NCBI GenBank assembly: GCA_039679675.1
Contig: JBDKUN010000033.1
Span: forward strand, 212,279 to 276,278
Reading direction: 5' to 3'
DNA length: 64,000 bases
Origin: Armatimonadota bacterium
Lineage (GTDB): Bacteria > Armatimonadota > UBA5829 > DTLH01
Shown: positions 1-11,400 of the stretch, piece after piece
Layout: the number at the start of each line of letters is the position of its first letter
Position numbering within the stretch: the first letter of the stretch is position 1
Notes under the pieces: model-generated
Told to the model about the DNA's origin: nothing
Databases searched by the model: none
What the model saw: the letters and a program-made list of their open reading frames with translations, nothing else
Position numbers and translations under genes: made by a program

Positions 1-2
1 TT

Positions 3-611
3 TTAGGCATTCCTATTGCTAACCTGATGATTTTTCTCGGCGAATGGCTCAAACAGATGGGTACCGGAAACGCAATCGTCCTTGCAATAATCCTTGGGTC
101 AATGATCGCATTCGATATGGGCGGACCAGTCAACAAGGCTGCATTTTTCTTCGGCGCTGCAATGATAAAAGAAGGCAATTGTGCCGTAATGGGAGCCTGC
201 GCGGCTGCAATATGCACTCCTCCGCTTGGACTTGGGCTTGCGACACTTTTGAACAGGCGGCTCTGGAGCGATGAGGAACACGAAGCCGGAGTGGCAAGTC
301 TTGCGATGGGGCTGATAGGCATTACAGAAGGTGCTATTCCGTTTGCGGCATCAGATCCGTTCAGAGTAATACCCTGCATTATGTGCGGATCGGTGGTAGC
401 CTCGGTGATTGCTATGCTTGGCGGAGTTGGTGACCATGCACCGCACGGCGGGCCGATTGTAATCCCTGTTGTGGACCATCGGCTGATGTATGTAATCGCG
501 ATTCTGGCAGGCACTTTCGTGACTGCACTGCTTATCAATACACTTAAAGCTCTTGCAAACCGCAAGAATTCGAAGACTGACATAGAGATAGAACAGAAGG
601 CATCTGTCTGA
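3..611 (+). CDS. PTS fructose/mannitol-family IIC permease (5'-partial, frame open from window start)
   Basis: Motifs MIAFDMGGPVNKAA, GITEGAIPFAASDP and APHGG typical of Fru-family IIC; no stop codon upstream in frame. Confidence 0.93.
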   Translation, partial: LGIPIANLMIFLGEWLKQMGTGNAIVLAIILGSMIAFDMGGPVNKAAFFFGAAMIKEGNCAVMGACAAAICTPPLGLGLATLLNRRLWSDEEHEAGVASLAMGLIGITEGAIPFAASDPFRVIPCIMCGSVVASVIAMLGGVGDHAPHGGPIVIPVVDHRLMYVIAILAGTFVTALLINTLKALANRKNSKTDIEIEQKASV

Positions 612-631
612 GTAGTTTGGAGGATTATGAA

Positions 632-931
632 ATGAATATAGTAGCTGTTACCGCATGTCCGACGGGCATTGCACACACATATATGGCCGCTGCGCAGCTT
701 GAAAAGGTCGGTAAGGAGCTTGGTCACAAGATCAAGGTCGAGACACAGGGCGCAATGGGAATAGAGAACGAGCTTACTGCAGATGACATCAAAAATGCTG
801 ATGTCGCGTTGTTTGCGGTAGACATAGAAGTCGAGGAACGGCAGAGGTTCAACGGAATCAAGATCGTAGAAGTCCCGGTCCAGCTTGCACTGAAGGACCC
901 TAAGTCGATATTCGATAAGCTTGCCGAGTAA
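632..931 (+). CDS. PTS fructose-family IIB component
   Basis: VAVTACPTGIAHTYMAA with the phospho-acceptor Cys, and IKVETQG; GGAGG RBS at 619-623 favours ATG 632. Confidence 0.95.
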   Translation: MNIVAVTACPTGIAHTYMAAAQLEKVGKELGHKIKVETQGAMGIENELTADDIKNADVALFAVDIEVEERQRFNGIKIVEVPVQLALKDPKSIFDKLAE

Positions 932-934
932 TAC

Positions 935-3457
935 ATGTCACTGGAATACACTTTTATCTGTCCTCTGCCCAATGGCCTGCACGCGCGTCCTGCAAGCCTC
1001 TTTGCCGAGGTAGTCAAGGGCTACAAGTCCAGGGCAAGCCTCATAAATGAACGTAATGGTCATGAAGTCAACGCTGCGAGCGTGCTGGACTTAATAAGCG
1101 CTGATATAAGGAATAACGACCGCTGCTGCATAAGGCTTTCGGGCGACGATGAAGAAAAAGCGCATGCGGCGGTGGTTGAATTCATCAAAAACACACTCCC
1201 TCAATGTGATGAACCGCTTCCTGAGACTAAACCGCAGGGTGAGATAAAAATACCAAGGCTGCTCAATGGTTTGAGTGTCAGCTTTGTGCCGGGTGATGTC
1301 GCATGCGCCGGGATCGGGATAGGTAAAGCCGTATCGGTAGAATGCCTTGCTCTTCAGGTGGATGACTCTAAACATGCCGAAAGCCCGGCTGTCGAGCATA
1401 GCAAAGTTGAATCTGCGATAAATAGCGTACGGTCGGATATTGAACGGCTTCTTTCAACTACACAGAACTCTGTAGTAAGTGGAGTTCTGTGCGCTCATCT
1501 TGCAATCGTAGATGATATTGCCTTCTTAAGGGAGATAAATAGCCTGATTGATGGCGGGATGACAGCAGGCAAGGCAGTGGCAGAGACTGTGGAAACGTTT
1601 GCTGAAGAGTTCGAGACTATGGAAAACGAATATCTCCGCGAACGTGCTATCGACATTCGTGACATCGGTCTCCAGCTTCTGGAAAGCATGAACTGTTGTA
1701 TATCAGGACAGCAGGCAGTTATCCTCACTGAACCATCTGTTTTGGTCGCGAAAAGCCTTGCTCCCAGGCAGTTGCTTGAGCTGGATAGAAAGCAGTTGCG
1801 CGGCCTTATACTCGAACAGGCCGGTGCTACCTCGCATGCGGTGATTCTCGCACGTTCGTTCGGGATACCGACGATTACAGGAATTCCCAGCGCATGCACG
1901 CAGGCAGGGAGTTGCGATATTGTAGTAGATGCGGATCGCGGCATGGCCGTCTTTCCGGTGGATGAAAAGGTTCGCAGGTTTTATGAAAGAGAAATCGTAA
2001 GAACCACAGAACGCAGAAATCGATTTTTAAAATGCACCGGTGTTCCGGTAACGACGAAAGACGGCGCACGAATAGAGATTGCTGCAAATATAGCGACCGG
2101 CTCTGAAGTGGAAGACGTAATTGCAAACGGCGCGGAGGGCATAGGGCTGTTCAGGACAGAGATGCTGTTTTCCGAAAGGCCGAATCCGCCTTCGGAACAG
2201 GAGCAGTTCGAGATATACTCCCAGGTCGCGCGGGCGATGGCTGGAAAATCGGTTGTAATAAGGACGCTCGATGCAGGCGGCGACAAACCGCTGCCTCATC
2301 TGAACCAGACCGCTGAAGAAAACCCCTTCCTAGGCTGCAGGGGGATAAGATTATATCAGGATAATATCGAGATCATCACAAATCAAATCCGCGCGATAGT
2401 AAGGGCATCGGCTCACGGACGGTTGAAAATAATGGCCCCGATGGTCTCGTCAGTCGATGAAGCCAAATGGTTTAGAGAATTGATCCGCGATGTTCAGGCG
2501 AGCTTCGACAAGTCCGGCATCGAGCATGACCCTGATATGCATGTCGGGGTAATGGTCGAGGTTCCGTCGGCTGCGATGATGATAGACAAGCTGTGTGATG
2601 TCGTCGATTTCTTCAGCATAGGGACCAATGACCTCTGCCAGTACTTTCTTGCAGCCGAACGCGGAAACCCGAAGGTATCTTCGATCTACAACGAAAAGCA
2701 TCCGGCTTTTCTACGATTATTGAAATCCGTTGTGGATAGTGCCCGCGGGCTTGGCAAATGGGTTGGGGTATGCGGCGAAATGGCCGGTAAGGTCGAGAAC
2801 ATGCCGCTTCTGGCCGGTCTGGGGCTGGATGAGATCAGCCTGTCAGTGCCAAACATTCCAGCAGTCCGCGATGCGGTTTCTTCTTTGAATGCGCTAGAAT
2901 GCAGGCAACTGCTGGAATCGGCTGTATCATGCGCAAGTGCGTTGGAAGTGGAGTCATTACTCGGCAAGTTCAATGAAAAACTGAGCGATCAGCCGCTTTT
3001 TGATGCGAATCTCATCGTTTCGGAATCTGACAGCCGCTCGAAAGAAGAAGCCATAAAAGAACTTGCCGATTTATTGTATATCACAGGTCGTACGGACGCA
3101 TGTGACGGTCTTGAAGATGCAATTTGGGCGCGGGAAGCCATGTATTCCACTGGCCTGGGCTATGGTTTTGCAATCCCTCATTGCAAAACGGATATTCTGA
3201 AGGCAAACTCGCTCGCCGTTTTGAAACTCAAAGAACCCGTCGAGTGGGGATCGATAGACAATCAACCTGTGAGTTTTGTAATATTACTTGCGATGCGAGA
3301 GTCTGATAAAGACAATTCACATATGCGTATTTTCTCGGTTCTTGCCAGAAAGCTGATGGATGAAGACTTCAGGCAGCAGCTTATTTCAGCAAAAGACCGG
3401 CATGAGATGCTTGCCTGCCTTATATCGGAGCTGAACCCTCCAAATACCACCATTTGA
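935..3457 (+). CDS. Multiphosphoryl transfer protein HPr-Enzyme I-EIIA(Fru) (FryA/PtsA-type fusion)
   Basis: HPr NGLHARPA; EI TSHAVILAR, GIGLFRTE, SIGTNDL and GVCGE; C-terminal EIIA STGLGYGFAIPH. Confidence 0.95.
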   Translation: MSLEYTFICPLPNGLHARPASLFAEVVKGYKSRASLINERNGHEVNAASVLDLISADIRNNDRCCIRLSGDDEEKAHAAVVEFIKNTLPQCDEPLPETKPQGEIKIPRLLNGLSVSFVPGDVACAGIGIGKAVSVECLALQVDDSKHAESPAVEHSKVESAINSVRSDIERLLSTTQNSVVSGVLCAHLAIVDDIAFLREINSLIDGGMTAGKAVAETVETFAEEFETMENEYLRERAIDIRDIGLQLLESMNCCISGQQAVILTEPSVLVAKSLAPRQLLELDRKQLRGLILEQAGATSHAVILARSFGIPTITGIPSACTQAGSCDIVVDADRGMAVFPVDEKVRRFYEREIVRTTERRNRFLKCTGVPVTTKDGARIEIAANIATGSEVEDVIANGAEGIGLFRTEMLFSERPNPPSEQEQFEIYSQVARAMAGKSVVIRTLDAGGDKPLPHLNQTAEENPFLGCRGIRLYQDNIEIITNQIRAIVRASAHGRLKIMAPMVSSVDEAKWFRELIRDVQASFDKSGIEHDPDMHVGVMVEVPSAAMMIDKLCDVVDFFSIGTNDLCQYFLAAERGNPKVSSIYNEKHPAFLRLLKSVVDSARGLGKWVGVCGEMAGKVENMPLLAGLGLDEISLSVPNIPAVRDAVSSLNALECRQLLESAVSCASALEVESLLGKFNEKLSDQPLFDANLIVSESDSRSKEEAIKELADLLYITGRTDACDGLEDAIWAREAMYSTGLGYGFAIPHCKTDILKANSLAVLKLKEPVEWGSIDNQPVSFVILLAMRESDKDNSHMRIFSVLARKLMDEDFRQQLISAKDRHEMLACLISELNPPNTTI

Positions 3458-3479
3458 AAGGAAAAAAGAGATTAGTAGA

Positions 3480-6400
3480 ATGAAGCATCTGTATATTTTG
3501 GCGGCGCTTGCCGCTATATCGTGGCTGGCTACGGCTGTGATTGCATCAGAGGTGAAATTACCGAAGATCGATCTTTCCACCGGCCGCACACTTTATGTAG
3601 TAGGGTATTCGCACCTGGACACCCAGTGGCGTTGGAACTATGTGGATACTATTAATGTGTATATTCCGCATACTCTGCACGACAACTTCAGTCTGATTGA
3701 GAGATATCCTGACTACATATTCAACTTCAGCGGCGCAAACCGCTACAGGATGATAAAAGAATACTATCCATCGGACTATGAGAAAGTGAAACACTATATC
3801 TCGGTAGGCCGGTGGTTCCCGTGCGGCTCTTCTATGGAAGAGTGTGATGTGCTGGCGCCCTCAGCCGAGTCTATTATTCGGCAGGTGCTATACGGAAACC
3901 ACTATTTCAGAAAAGAGTTCGGCGTAGCAAGCAATGAGTTTATGATCCCTGACTGTTTCGGGTTTCCGGCATCGCTGCCGCAGCTGCTTTCGCACTGCGG
4001 AGTTATCGGATTCTCTTCTCAAAAACTGACCTGGGGATCGGCAGTAGGAATTCCTTTCAACGTTGGACTCTGGGAAGGATTGGATGGTTCGTCTGTAATC
4101 GCTGCGTTTAACCCTGGATGCTACGTAAGCAAAGTCGAAAAAGACTTGTCCAAGAATGAAAAATGGCTGGAACGCATCGAAGAAGATGGTAAGTCCAGCG
4201 GTGTTTTTGCTGATTATAGTTACTATGGAGTGGGGGACACAGGCGGAGCGCCGCAGGAAGACTCGGTCAAATGGGTCGAGACATCCGTAAAGAGCGATGG
4301 CCCGGTAAAGGTCATCTCATCCAAGGCTGATCAGATGTTCATGGACATAGATGGGAAGGAGAATAATCTTCCCAAATACAAAGGTGATCTGCTGCTTACC
4401 GAGCATTCAGCGGCTTCGATTACCTCTCAGTCATATATGAAAAAACTGAACCGCATAAATGAGATTCTCGGCGATAGCGCGGAGAGAGCATCTGTTGCCG
4501 CAAGCTGGCTGGGAGGGCTTCCATATCAGCAGAAGAAGCTCAATGACGCATGGACGCTTGTAATGGGCGGCCAATTCCACGACATTCTTCCTGGGACATC
4601 TGTGCCGAAGGCCTACGAATACTCCTGGAATGATGGAATTCTGGCTATAAACCAGTTCACAAATGTGCTTTGCCAGGCAAACGATTCGATTTCTTCAGGA
4701 CTCGACACCAGTGCTGAAGGTAAAGCTGTAGTTGTATATAACCCGCTCTCTGTAGACCGTGAAGATGTCGTTAAGGCAATGGTCAAATCCTTTGGCCCGG
4801 CAAACACTGTAAAAGTAGTCGGCCCGGACGGTAAAGTGACACCTTCGCAGGTAATTGGGCACGAAGGTAACGATCTGACAGTGATATTCATCGCTAAAGT
4901 GCCTTCTGTTGGGTTTGCTGTCTACGATGTCCGCCCGTCGGACGCCCAGAACGTAGACAAGAACGGTCTTTCCGTTACGGAAAAGTCTCTGGAGAACGCC
5001 AGATACAAGGTAACATTGGACGAAAACGGCGACATTTCCAGCATATATGACAAACTGGCAGCCCGCGAGATGATTTCCTCACCGATACGGCTTGCATTTA
5101 TAGCTGATGATCCTCGTGAGTGGCCTGCCTGGAATATCGATTGGAAAGACCAGAGCGCCGCGCCGCGCGATTATGTGGCCGGTCCTGCCAAGTTCAGAAT
5201 CGTAGAAAACGGGCCTGTGAGAGTTGCAGTCGAGGTAGAGCGTGAGAGAGAAGGATCGAAGTTCGTTCAGACGATCAGTCTCTCATGCGGCAGTGCAGGT
5301 AATCGTGTAGAAGTTTCCAACTCCATAGACTGGCGGAGCAAGGAATGTATCCTGAAATCGGTATTCCCTCTTACGGTTTCAAACCCGATGGCAACTTATA
5401 ACTGGGAGGTCGGTACGATTGAGCGCGGCAACAATGATCCTAAGAAATATGAAGTGCCTTCGCATCAATGGTTTGACCTTACAGATGCCAAGGGCGACTA
5501 CGGCGTCACCGTGCTCTCCCCATATAAATACGGCTCTGATAAGCCGGACGATTCTACGCTCAGACTTACACTGCTACTCACTCCGGGAGTGAAGAAAGAG
5601 TTCTGCGACCAGTCTACTCAGGACTGGGGACACCACAGCATCAAATACGCGCTCGTCGGCCACAAGAATGACTGGCGCAGCTCTCAGGCAGACTGGCAGG
5701 CTCTCGGCTTCGAGCAGCCGCTCATTTCGTTTGAAACTGAATCACATCCGGGCAAGCTGGGCAAGTCTATATCGTTTGTCCGCGTGAGCAGCCCGAATGT
5801 CAAGGTCATGGCGGTTAAAAAGGCAGAAGACAGCGATGAGATCGTAGTGAGAGTCGTCGAGACAACAGGTACGCCTGTAAAAGACGTGTGTGTCGCATTT
5901 GCCGGGAAGGTAGTATCAGCCCGCGAGGTAAACGGCCAGGAACTGCCAGTTGGAGCCGCAGCAGTAGCGGACGGTAAGCTGGCGGCGGACTTAAAGGCAT
6001 ACGGTATTAGGACTTTTGCGGTCAAACTTGGCCAGCCGGGATATAATATACATAAACCGGCATGTCAGAGCGTAGACCTGCCGTATGACAAGTGCGTGAC
6101 CTCTCGCGACGGCGAAAAGTCAAACGGCGGGTTCGACGCAGGCGGTATCTGTCTTGCCGCCGAGATGCTGTCGGATACGGTAATCGACGGCACTGTGACT
6201 TACAAGCTGCAGCACATAAGTGACGGCAAACCGAACTCCGTCACGTGCAAAGGGCAGACAATCGCTCTGCCGAAGGGCGACTTCAAGAAGATAGCGATAC
6301 TCGCCGCCGGGTCAGACGGCGACCAACCGGCCGTTTTTGATGTAGACGGCAGAAAAACGAATCTAGACATTCAGGATTGGGGCGGATATATAGGCCAGTG

Positions 6401-6659
6401 GGATAACAGAGTGTGGAAAGGTAATCTTGACGACCGGAATCCTGATCAGGTTATAGAAAAAATAGTTCCGAGATATGTAAAGAATGCGCAGGTAGCGTGG
6501 TTCAGCTCGCACAGGCACAACAAAGATGGTAAAAACATAACATACAGCTACTCGTATCTCTATACTTTCTATATTGATGCACCCAATGGCGCAAAAAGTC
6601 TGACACTCCCGAACAATACCGATATTCATATAATGGCTATCTCGGCTTGTAAGGACTGA
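3480..6659 (+). CDS. GH38 alpha-mannosidase with N-terminal signal peptide
   Basis: YSHLDTQWRW zinc motif, IPDCFGF nucleophile region, GQFHDILPG; N-terminus MKHLYILAALAAISWLATAVIA is signal-like. Confidence 0.92.
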   Translation: MKHLYILAALAAISWLATAVIASEVKLPKIDLSTGRTLYVVGYSHLDTQWRWNYVDTINVYIPHTLHDNFSLIERYPDYIFNFSGANRYRMIKEYYPSDYEKVKHYISVGRWFPCGSSMEECDVLAPSAESIIRQVLYGNHYFRKEFGVASNEFMIPDCFGFPASLPQLLSHCGVIGFSSQKLTWGSAVGIPFNVGLWEGLDGSSVIAAFNPGCYVSKVEKDLSKNEKWLERIEEDGKSSGVFADYSYYGVGDTGGAPQEDSVKWVETSVKSDGPVKVISSKADQMFMDIDGKENNLPKYKGDLLLTEHSAASITSQSYMKKLNRINEILGDSAERASVAASWLGGLPYQQKKLNDAWTLVMGGQFHDILPGTSVPKAYEYSWNDGILAINQFTNVLCQANDSISSGLDTSAEGKAVVVYNPLSVDREDVVKAMVKSFGPANTVKVVGPDGKVTPSQVIGHEGNDLTVIFIAKVPSVGFAVYDVRPSDAQNVDKNGLSVTEKSLENARYKVTLDENGDISSIYDKLAAREMISSPIRLAFIADDPREWPAWNIDWKDQSAAPRDYVAGPAKFRIVENGPVRVAVEVEREREGSKFVQTISLSCGSAGNRVEVSNSIDWRSKECILKSVFPLTVSNPMATYNWEVGTIERGNNDPKKYEVPSHQWFDLTDAKGDYGVTVLSPYKYGSDKPDDSTLRLTLLLTPGVKKEFCDQSTQDWGHHSIKYALVGHKNDWRSSQADWQALGFEQPLISFETESHPGKLGKSISFVRVSSPNVKVMAVKKAEDSDEIVVRVVETTGTPVKDVCVAFAGKVVSAREVNGQELPVGAAAVADGKLAADLKAYGIRTFAVKLGQPGYNIHKPACQSVDLPYDKCVTSRDGEKSNGGFDAGGICLAAEMLSDTVIDGTVTYKLQHISDGKPNSVTCKGQTIALPKGDFKKIAILAAGSDGDQPAVFDVDGRKTNLDIQDWGGYIGQWDNRVWKGNLDDRNPDQVIEKIVPRYVKNAQVAWFSSHRHNKDGKNITYSYSYLYTFYIDAPNGAKSLTLPNNTDIHIMAISACKD

Positions 6660-6671
6660 TAGAGATAATAA

Positions 6672-6703
6672 AAGGCAGAGCAGCTAAAAAGTTGCTCTGC
6701 CTT
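6672..6703 (+). terminator. Hairpin after GH38 gene, probable intrinsic terminator
   Basis: aaggcagagcagc-taaaaa-gttgctctgcctt stem-loop just after the stop. Confidence 0.65.
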
Positions 6704-6788
6704 GTTCCAAATAAAATTGGCCCCCTGTTCTTCCGGGATTCAATTATTGATTGCAACGAATAGCCCATATAAAATGTAACCTCAGCTA

Positions 6789-6824
6789 TTGATTATGCGT
6801 CTATACTTAATATATATTAAATAT
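6789..6824 (+). promoter_or_regulatory. Probable sigma70 promoter with overlapping palindromic operator (MarR-like) for RND operon
   Basis: TTGATT at 6789 and TATATT at 6813; palindrome TTAATATATATTAA at 6807-6820. Confidence 0.45.
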
Positions 6825-6851
6825 ATAGAGAAGTGATATGGAGATTTGTAG

Positions 6852-8429
6852 ATGAAGAGATGGTTGAGCATTGTACTGCCTGTGTTTCTGTTAGGATCGC
6901 TTGTTTCATGGCGGCTCGTACAGAAAAGAGCTCAAAATGCAGCTCAGTCACAGCAGATGGGCGCGAGGATGAAAGGCCCTGTGTCGGTTGCTCTCGGAAA
7001 AGTCGAGATTAAAGACCTTTCGAGCACCTTTGATGCCATGGGCTCGGTTGAAGCACCCATGAGCGTGAAAATTGCACCCAAAACCACCGGGCAAATAGAG
7101 TATCTTGATGTCCATGAAGGTGACCGTGTGCGAAAAGGCCAGATTTTGGTGAAAATAAGCGCATCGGATGTGGAAGCACAGGTCCAGCAGGCAATGGCTG
7201 CTGTTGCTGAAGCCCGTTATAGGCTTGCTCAGGCACAGATGACCCAAAACCCTACTGATGTTTCGGTAAACACTCAGATAACACAGCAAAAATCAGCGCT
7301 CGCAAGCGCCGTTGCAGATTATGAGCAGGCGCGGAAGTCCGCTGATGCACAGATTTCGGCTGCACAGGCCAACCTAAAAGATTCGGAATCAAAAATAGCC
7401 AATGCCAAGGCTGCAGTAAACAGTGCTCAAGCCAATGTAGACAATGCGCAGACGAAATTCGATAGAATTCAGAGCCTGTATGAAAAAGGCTATATTGCCG
7501 CGCAGGATGTAGACGATGCAAAAGCTGCTCTGACTGTGCAAAAATCAAATCTGGAAATCGCCAATGGGCAACTGAGGTCAACATTTCTTCAAAAAGATGC
7601 TGTCGCAGAGCAGCTCAACGTGACGAAAGCAAAAGCAGCGTCCGACACAGCAGCAGCTAAAGCCAAACTCACACAGACGAAGGCTTCTTTGACATATGCT
7701 ACAGCCAATACTTCGCAGAAGAGCGCATACCGGCAGAGCATCGCTGCTCTGAGAGCCTCCGTGGATGCTGCTGTGGCTGGATTAAGAAGCGCCCAATCGA
7801 AGCGGCAGGATACAGTGCTCAGGTCACCTCTGGACGGTTTTGTTACCGGGCGCTACGCCGACCCGGGTGCAATCGCGTCACCTACTCAGCCGGTTCTCGC
7901 GGTGCAGTTTACCAAGCAGATATGGGTGTCCGTCTCTGTGCCGGAAGATGTCTGCGCGCGGATTCATATAGGCCAGCCGTCAAAACTCAGTTTTGATGCT
8001 TTTCCTGATAAGACATTCGAGGCAAGTGTGATTCAGATCAACCCGTCAGCCGATTCCATGAGCCGTCAATTCACTGTTCGCGTCATAATGGCCAATCCGA
8101 ACAACAAGTTCAAGCCTGGAATGTTCGCTCATGTCTCCATTGAGACTGACCACGTGCATAACGCAATCGTAGTGCCGCGAGAAGCCGTTCTGACAGACCG
8201 CGACGGCAAGTACTTGATGACTGTAGAGGCGGACAAGACGGCCAAGCGTATTCCTGTGACGCCGCAGGGTGGGGACGAAAGCTTCATCAATATAGGGAGT
8301 GCCCTGAAACCTGGCGACAGCGTAATAACTATGTCTTCGATGCCGGTTAAAGACGGCCAGATGGTCAAGACCGGATCGCCGCGCGGCAAGGGAGGTCATG
8401 GCGGATTTGAGAAGGCAGGCCGCAAATGA
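6852..8429 (+). CDS. RND efflux periplasmic adaptor (membrane fusion protein)
   Basis: N-terminal anchor, lipoyl-like VHEGDRVRKGQ, long coiled coil, LRSPLDG, FKPGMFA. Confidence 0.93.
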   Translation: MKRWLSIVLPVFLLGSLVSWRLVQKRAQNAAQSQQMGARMKGPVSVALGKVEIKDLSSTFDAMGSVEAPMSVKIAPKTTGQIEYLDVHEGDRVRKGQILVKISASDVEAQVQQAMAAVAEARYRLAQAQMTQNPTDVSVNTQITQQKSALASAVADYEQARKSADAQISAAQANLKDSESKIANAKAAVNSAQANVDNAQTKFDRIQSLYEKGYIAAQDVDDAKAALTVQKSNLEIANGQLRSTFLQKDAVAEQLNVTKAKAASDTAAAKAKLTQTKASLTYATANTSQKSAYRQSIAALRASVDAAVAGLRSAQSKRQDTVLRSPLDGFVTGRYADPGAIASPTQPVLAVQFTKQIWVSVSVPEDVCARIHIGQPSKLSFDAFPDKTFEASVIQINPSADSMSRQFTVRVIMANPNNKFKPGMFAHVSIETDHVHNAIVVPREAVLTDRDGKYLMTVEADKTAKRIPVTPQGGDESFINIGSALKPGDSVITMSSMPVKDGQMVKTGSPRGKGGHGGFEKAGRK

Positions 8430-11400
8430 ACATAGCGAAATTTGCAGTCAGCCGCCCGGTCGCTGTTGTGATGCAGATCGCAGCGCTGGTCCTTCTCGGC
8501 ATCGTATGCTTGATGCGGCTTCCTGTAGACCTTTTGCCTGATGTTACGATGCCGATGGTCAGCGTGACCACACAGTGGCCGAACGTTGCGCCGGAAGAGA
8601 TCGAAGCACAGATTACACGTCCTATCGAGCGTGCGGTTTCGTCAGTGCCGGGGATGAATCAGGTCACATCGAGCAGCGTTACGGGTTCTTCTCAGGTGCG
8701 GATCCAGTTCTGCTGGGGAGTAGATATAGGCCAGGCCGCAGTAGACGTTCTCCAGCAGGTCCAGCGCGCGCAGCGGTCATTCCCATCCGATCCGACCATA
8801 CAGAACCCGACTGTAGTAAAGTCTGACCCCAACCAGATGCCGATTATCAATTACGCTGTGTCCGGTATGGATGATCCTGTAAAACTGCGCTCCCTAGTCG
8901 ACAACCAGATCACACCAATGTTGGACTCAGTAGATGGTGTCGCGTCCGCGACGGTCACAGGCGGTCAACAAAGGGGCATCATAATAGATGTGGACCCGTA
9001 TAAGCTCAGGGCGCACCAGTTGTCGCTTTCGGATATTACTAAACGAATCTCTCAGGAGAACGCCAACCTGCCTGCCGGTATCGCAAAAGAGAGCAATACC
9101 GAATACACTATCCGCAGTATTGGATGGTTCAAGAGCGTCAATGAGATTGGCCGGATTCCAATAAAGTCTTTCGATGGAGACCTGGTACATCTGAGCGATG
9201 TTGCCGGCGTCTGCGACTCGCATTCAGAAACCAGGCTTTTTACACGCATCAATGGCAAGCCGTCCGTCGGTATTTCCATCACAAAACAGAGCGGTGCAAA
9301 CACCATAAGCACAGCGGACGCTGTCTTTGCGCGGGTCAAACAGATCGAGAAGATTTACCCGAACCTGAAATTTGACCTCGCAAACGACCAGTCGCAGTTT
9401 ATCAGGAACTCTGTCAATAACGTAAGGGACAGCGCCATCATCGGCGGAATCCTGGCGATACTCATACTCCTTTTCTTCCTGAGGAATATCCGAAGTACAC
9501 TCGTTGTAGCGCTTTCGATCCCGATTTCGATCATTTCGACATTTGCGCTCATTTACATGTGCGGGTTTACCATAAACACCATGTCCCTTGGCGGGCTTGC
9601 GCTCGCTACGGGACTTATAGTCGATGATGCCGTTGTTGTGCTGGAGAATATATTCCGCCATATTGAGCGAGACAAGAAAAACGCAGCGGAGGCAGCTGTA
9701 AGTGGCACATCCGAGATAATATCAGCCGTTGTGGCATCTACATGGACAGTAATGGTGGTCTTTCTGCCGCTCCTTCTCATTAAAGGCCAGGCCGGACAGA
9801 TGTACACGCAGTTCGCGCTCGTTGTCATCTTCTCTCTCGCTGTCTCGCTTCTAGATGCTGTTACAGTTGTTCCGATGCTTGCGACGAAGCTGATTTCCGG
9901 TGAGGCGCACGCGGAGAACCTTGCGAATGCGTCAAATCATCCGAGTATCCTGATGCGGATGTTCCACCGCTGCGGAGAGTGGCTGAGTGAACTGGACGAT
10001 GCCTACTCCAGAGGGCTTCGCTGGGCAATCCATCACAGGTTATGGACCGTATGCGGTGCAATGGGAGTTACAATCATCTGCCTGCTTCTGGCTACGCAGG
10101 TAGGTACTGAGCTTATGCCAAAAACCGATAACGGCACATTCAATGTAAGTGTCAAAATGCCGATTGGTACCGCACTTTCCCAGACCAATAAAGCAATGAC
10201 CGCCATCGAGAAAATCGTCATGAAGAACCCAGATGTCGGCACTACGATGACAACAGTCGGTTCGGGTGGAAATTATAGAGCAGGCTCGGAGAGGCCTTAC
10301 CAGGGCTCCGTATCAGTGAGACTCAAGGACAACCGCCGAAAGTCTACCGATGACATCATCAAGAGTTTGCGCAAATCACTCGGAAGAATACCTGGCGTAA
10401 ATGCCCGGCCATCGCAGAATGATATTCTAACCCAGATGATGACCGGCGGTTCTCAGAATGTGGAAATCGACATCTTCGGAGACGATATGTCCACACTGTC
10501 CTCAATTGCAAAAGCAGTAATGGGCCGCTTAAGAGGTATCAATGGTCTTGAAAACCTTGATATCAACTGGCAGGAAGCAATGCCGGAGATTCAGTGGCAC
10601 CTCGACCGGGATAAAGCCCAGCAGCTTGGCGTCAGTTTTTCGGATGTTGCAGATACCCTCAGCACAGCGACGAATGGCGACATTGCAAGCTATTACCAGG
10701 AAAATGGCTTCCAATATCCTATAATCGTCCAGCTGCCTGAAGCTGATCGAAAAACTGTATCGAAGATGAGCGACATTATCGTGAAAGCTAATGCAAACTC
10801 ACCCGATATAGTTCTAAGCCAGGTGGCTAGCCCGGAATACGGGATGGGACCAAGTGAAATCACCCGCATGGACCGAAAACGTTACGTGGCGGTAACCGGA
10901 ATGCCGCAGGGGCGTTCATCCGGCGAAATCAGTGCCGACATAGAAAAGGCCATGAAAGGGATTGAGCTCCCGGCAGGATATTACTGGGACTGGGGAACCA
11001 ACCAGAAGCAGACTGCGGATGAGTTCGGGGGAATGGCACTTGCCGTATTCCTGGCTATCGCACTTATTTACATGCTTTTAGCATCGCAGTTCGAGTCTTT
11101 CATACACCCGCTTACAATCCTGCTTTCCGTCCCGCTGGCAGGTGCCGGCGTAGTGCTCGGCCTGTTCCTCACAAACCGGTCATTCGGCTTGACTGCGTTT
11201 ATCGGTGTATTGATGCTCGTCGGAATCGTCGTTAAAAACGGTATTCTGCTGGTCGACTATACGAACAAGCTGAGGGAGCGAGGGATCAAGCGGGAAGAGG
11301 CACTTATCACTGCAGGGCGGACCAGGCTTCGTCCGATCCTTATGACCGCATCAGCGGCGATTCTTGGTATGCTTCCGCTCGCACTGGCACTTGGCGAGGG

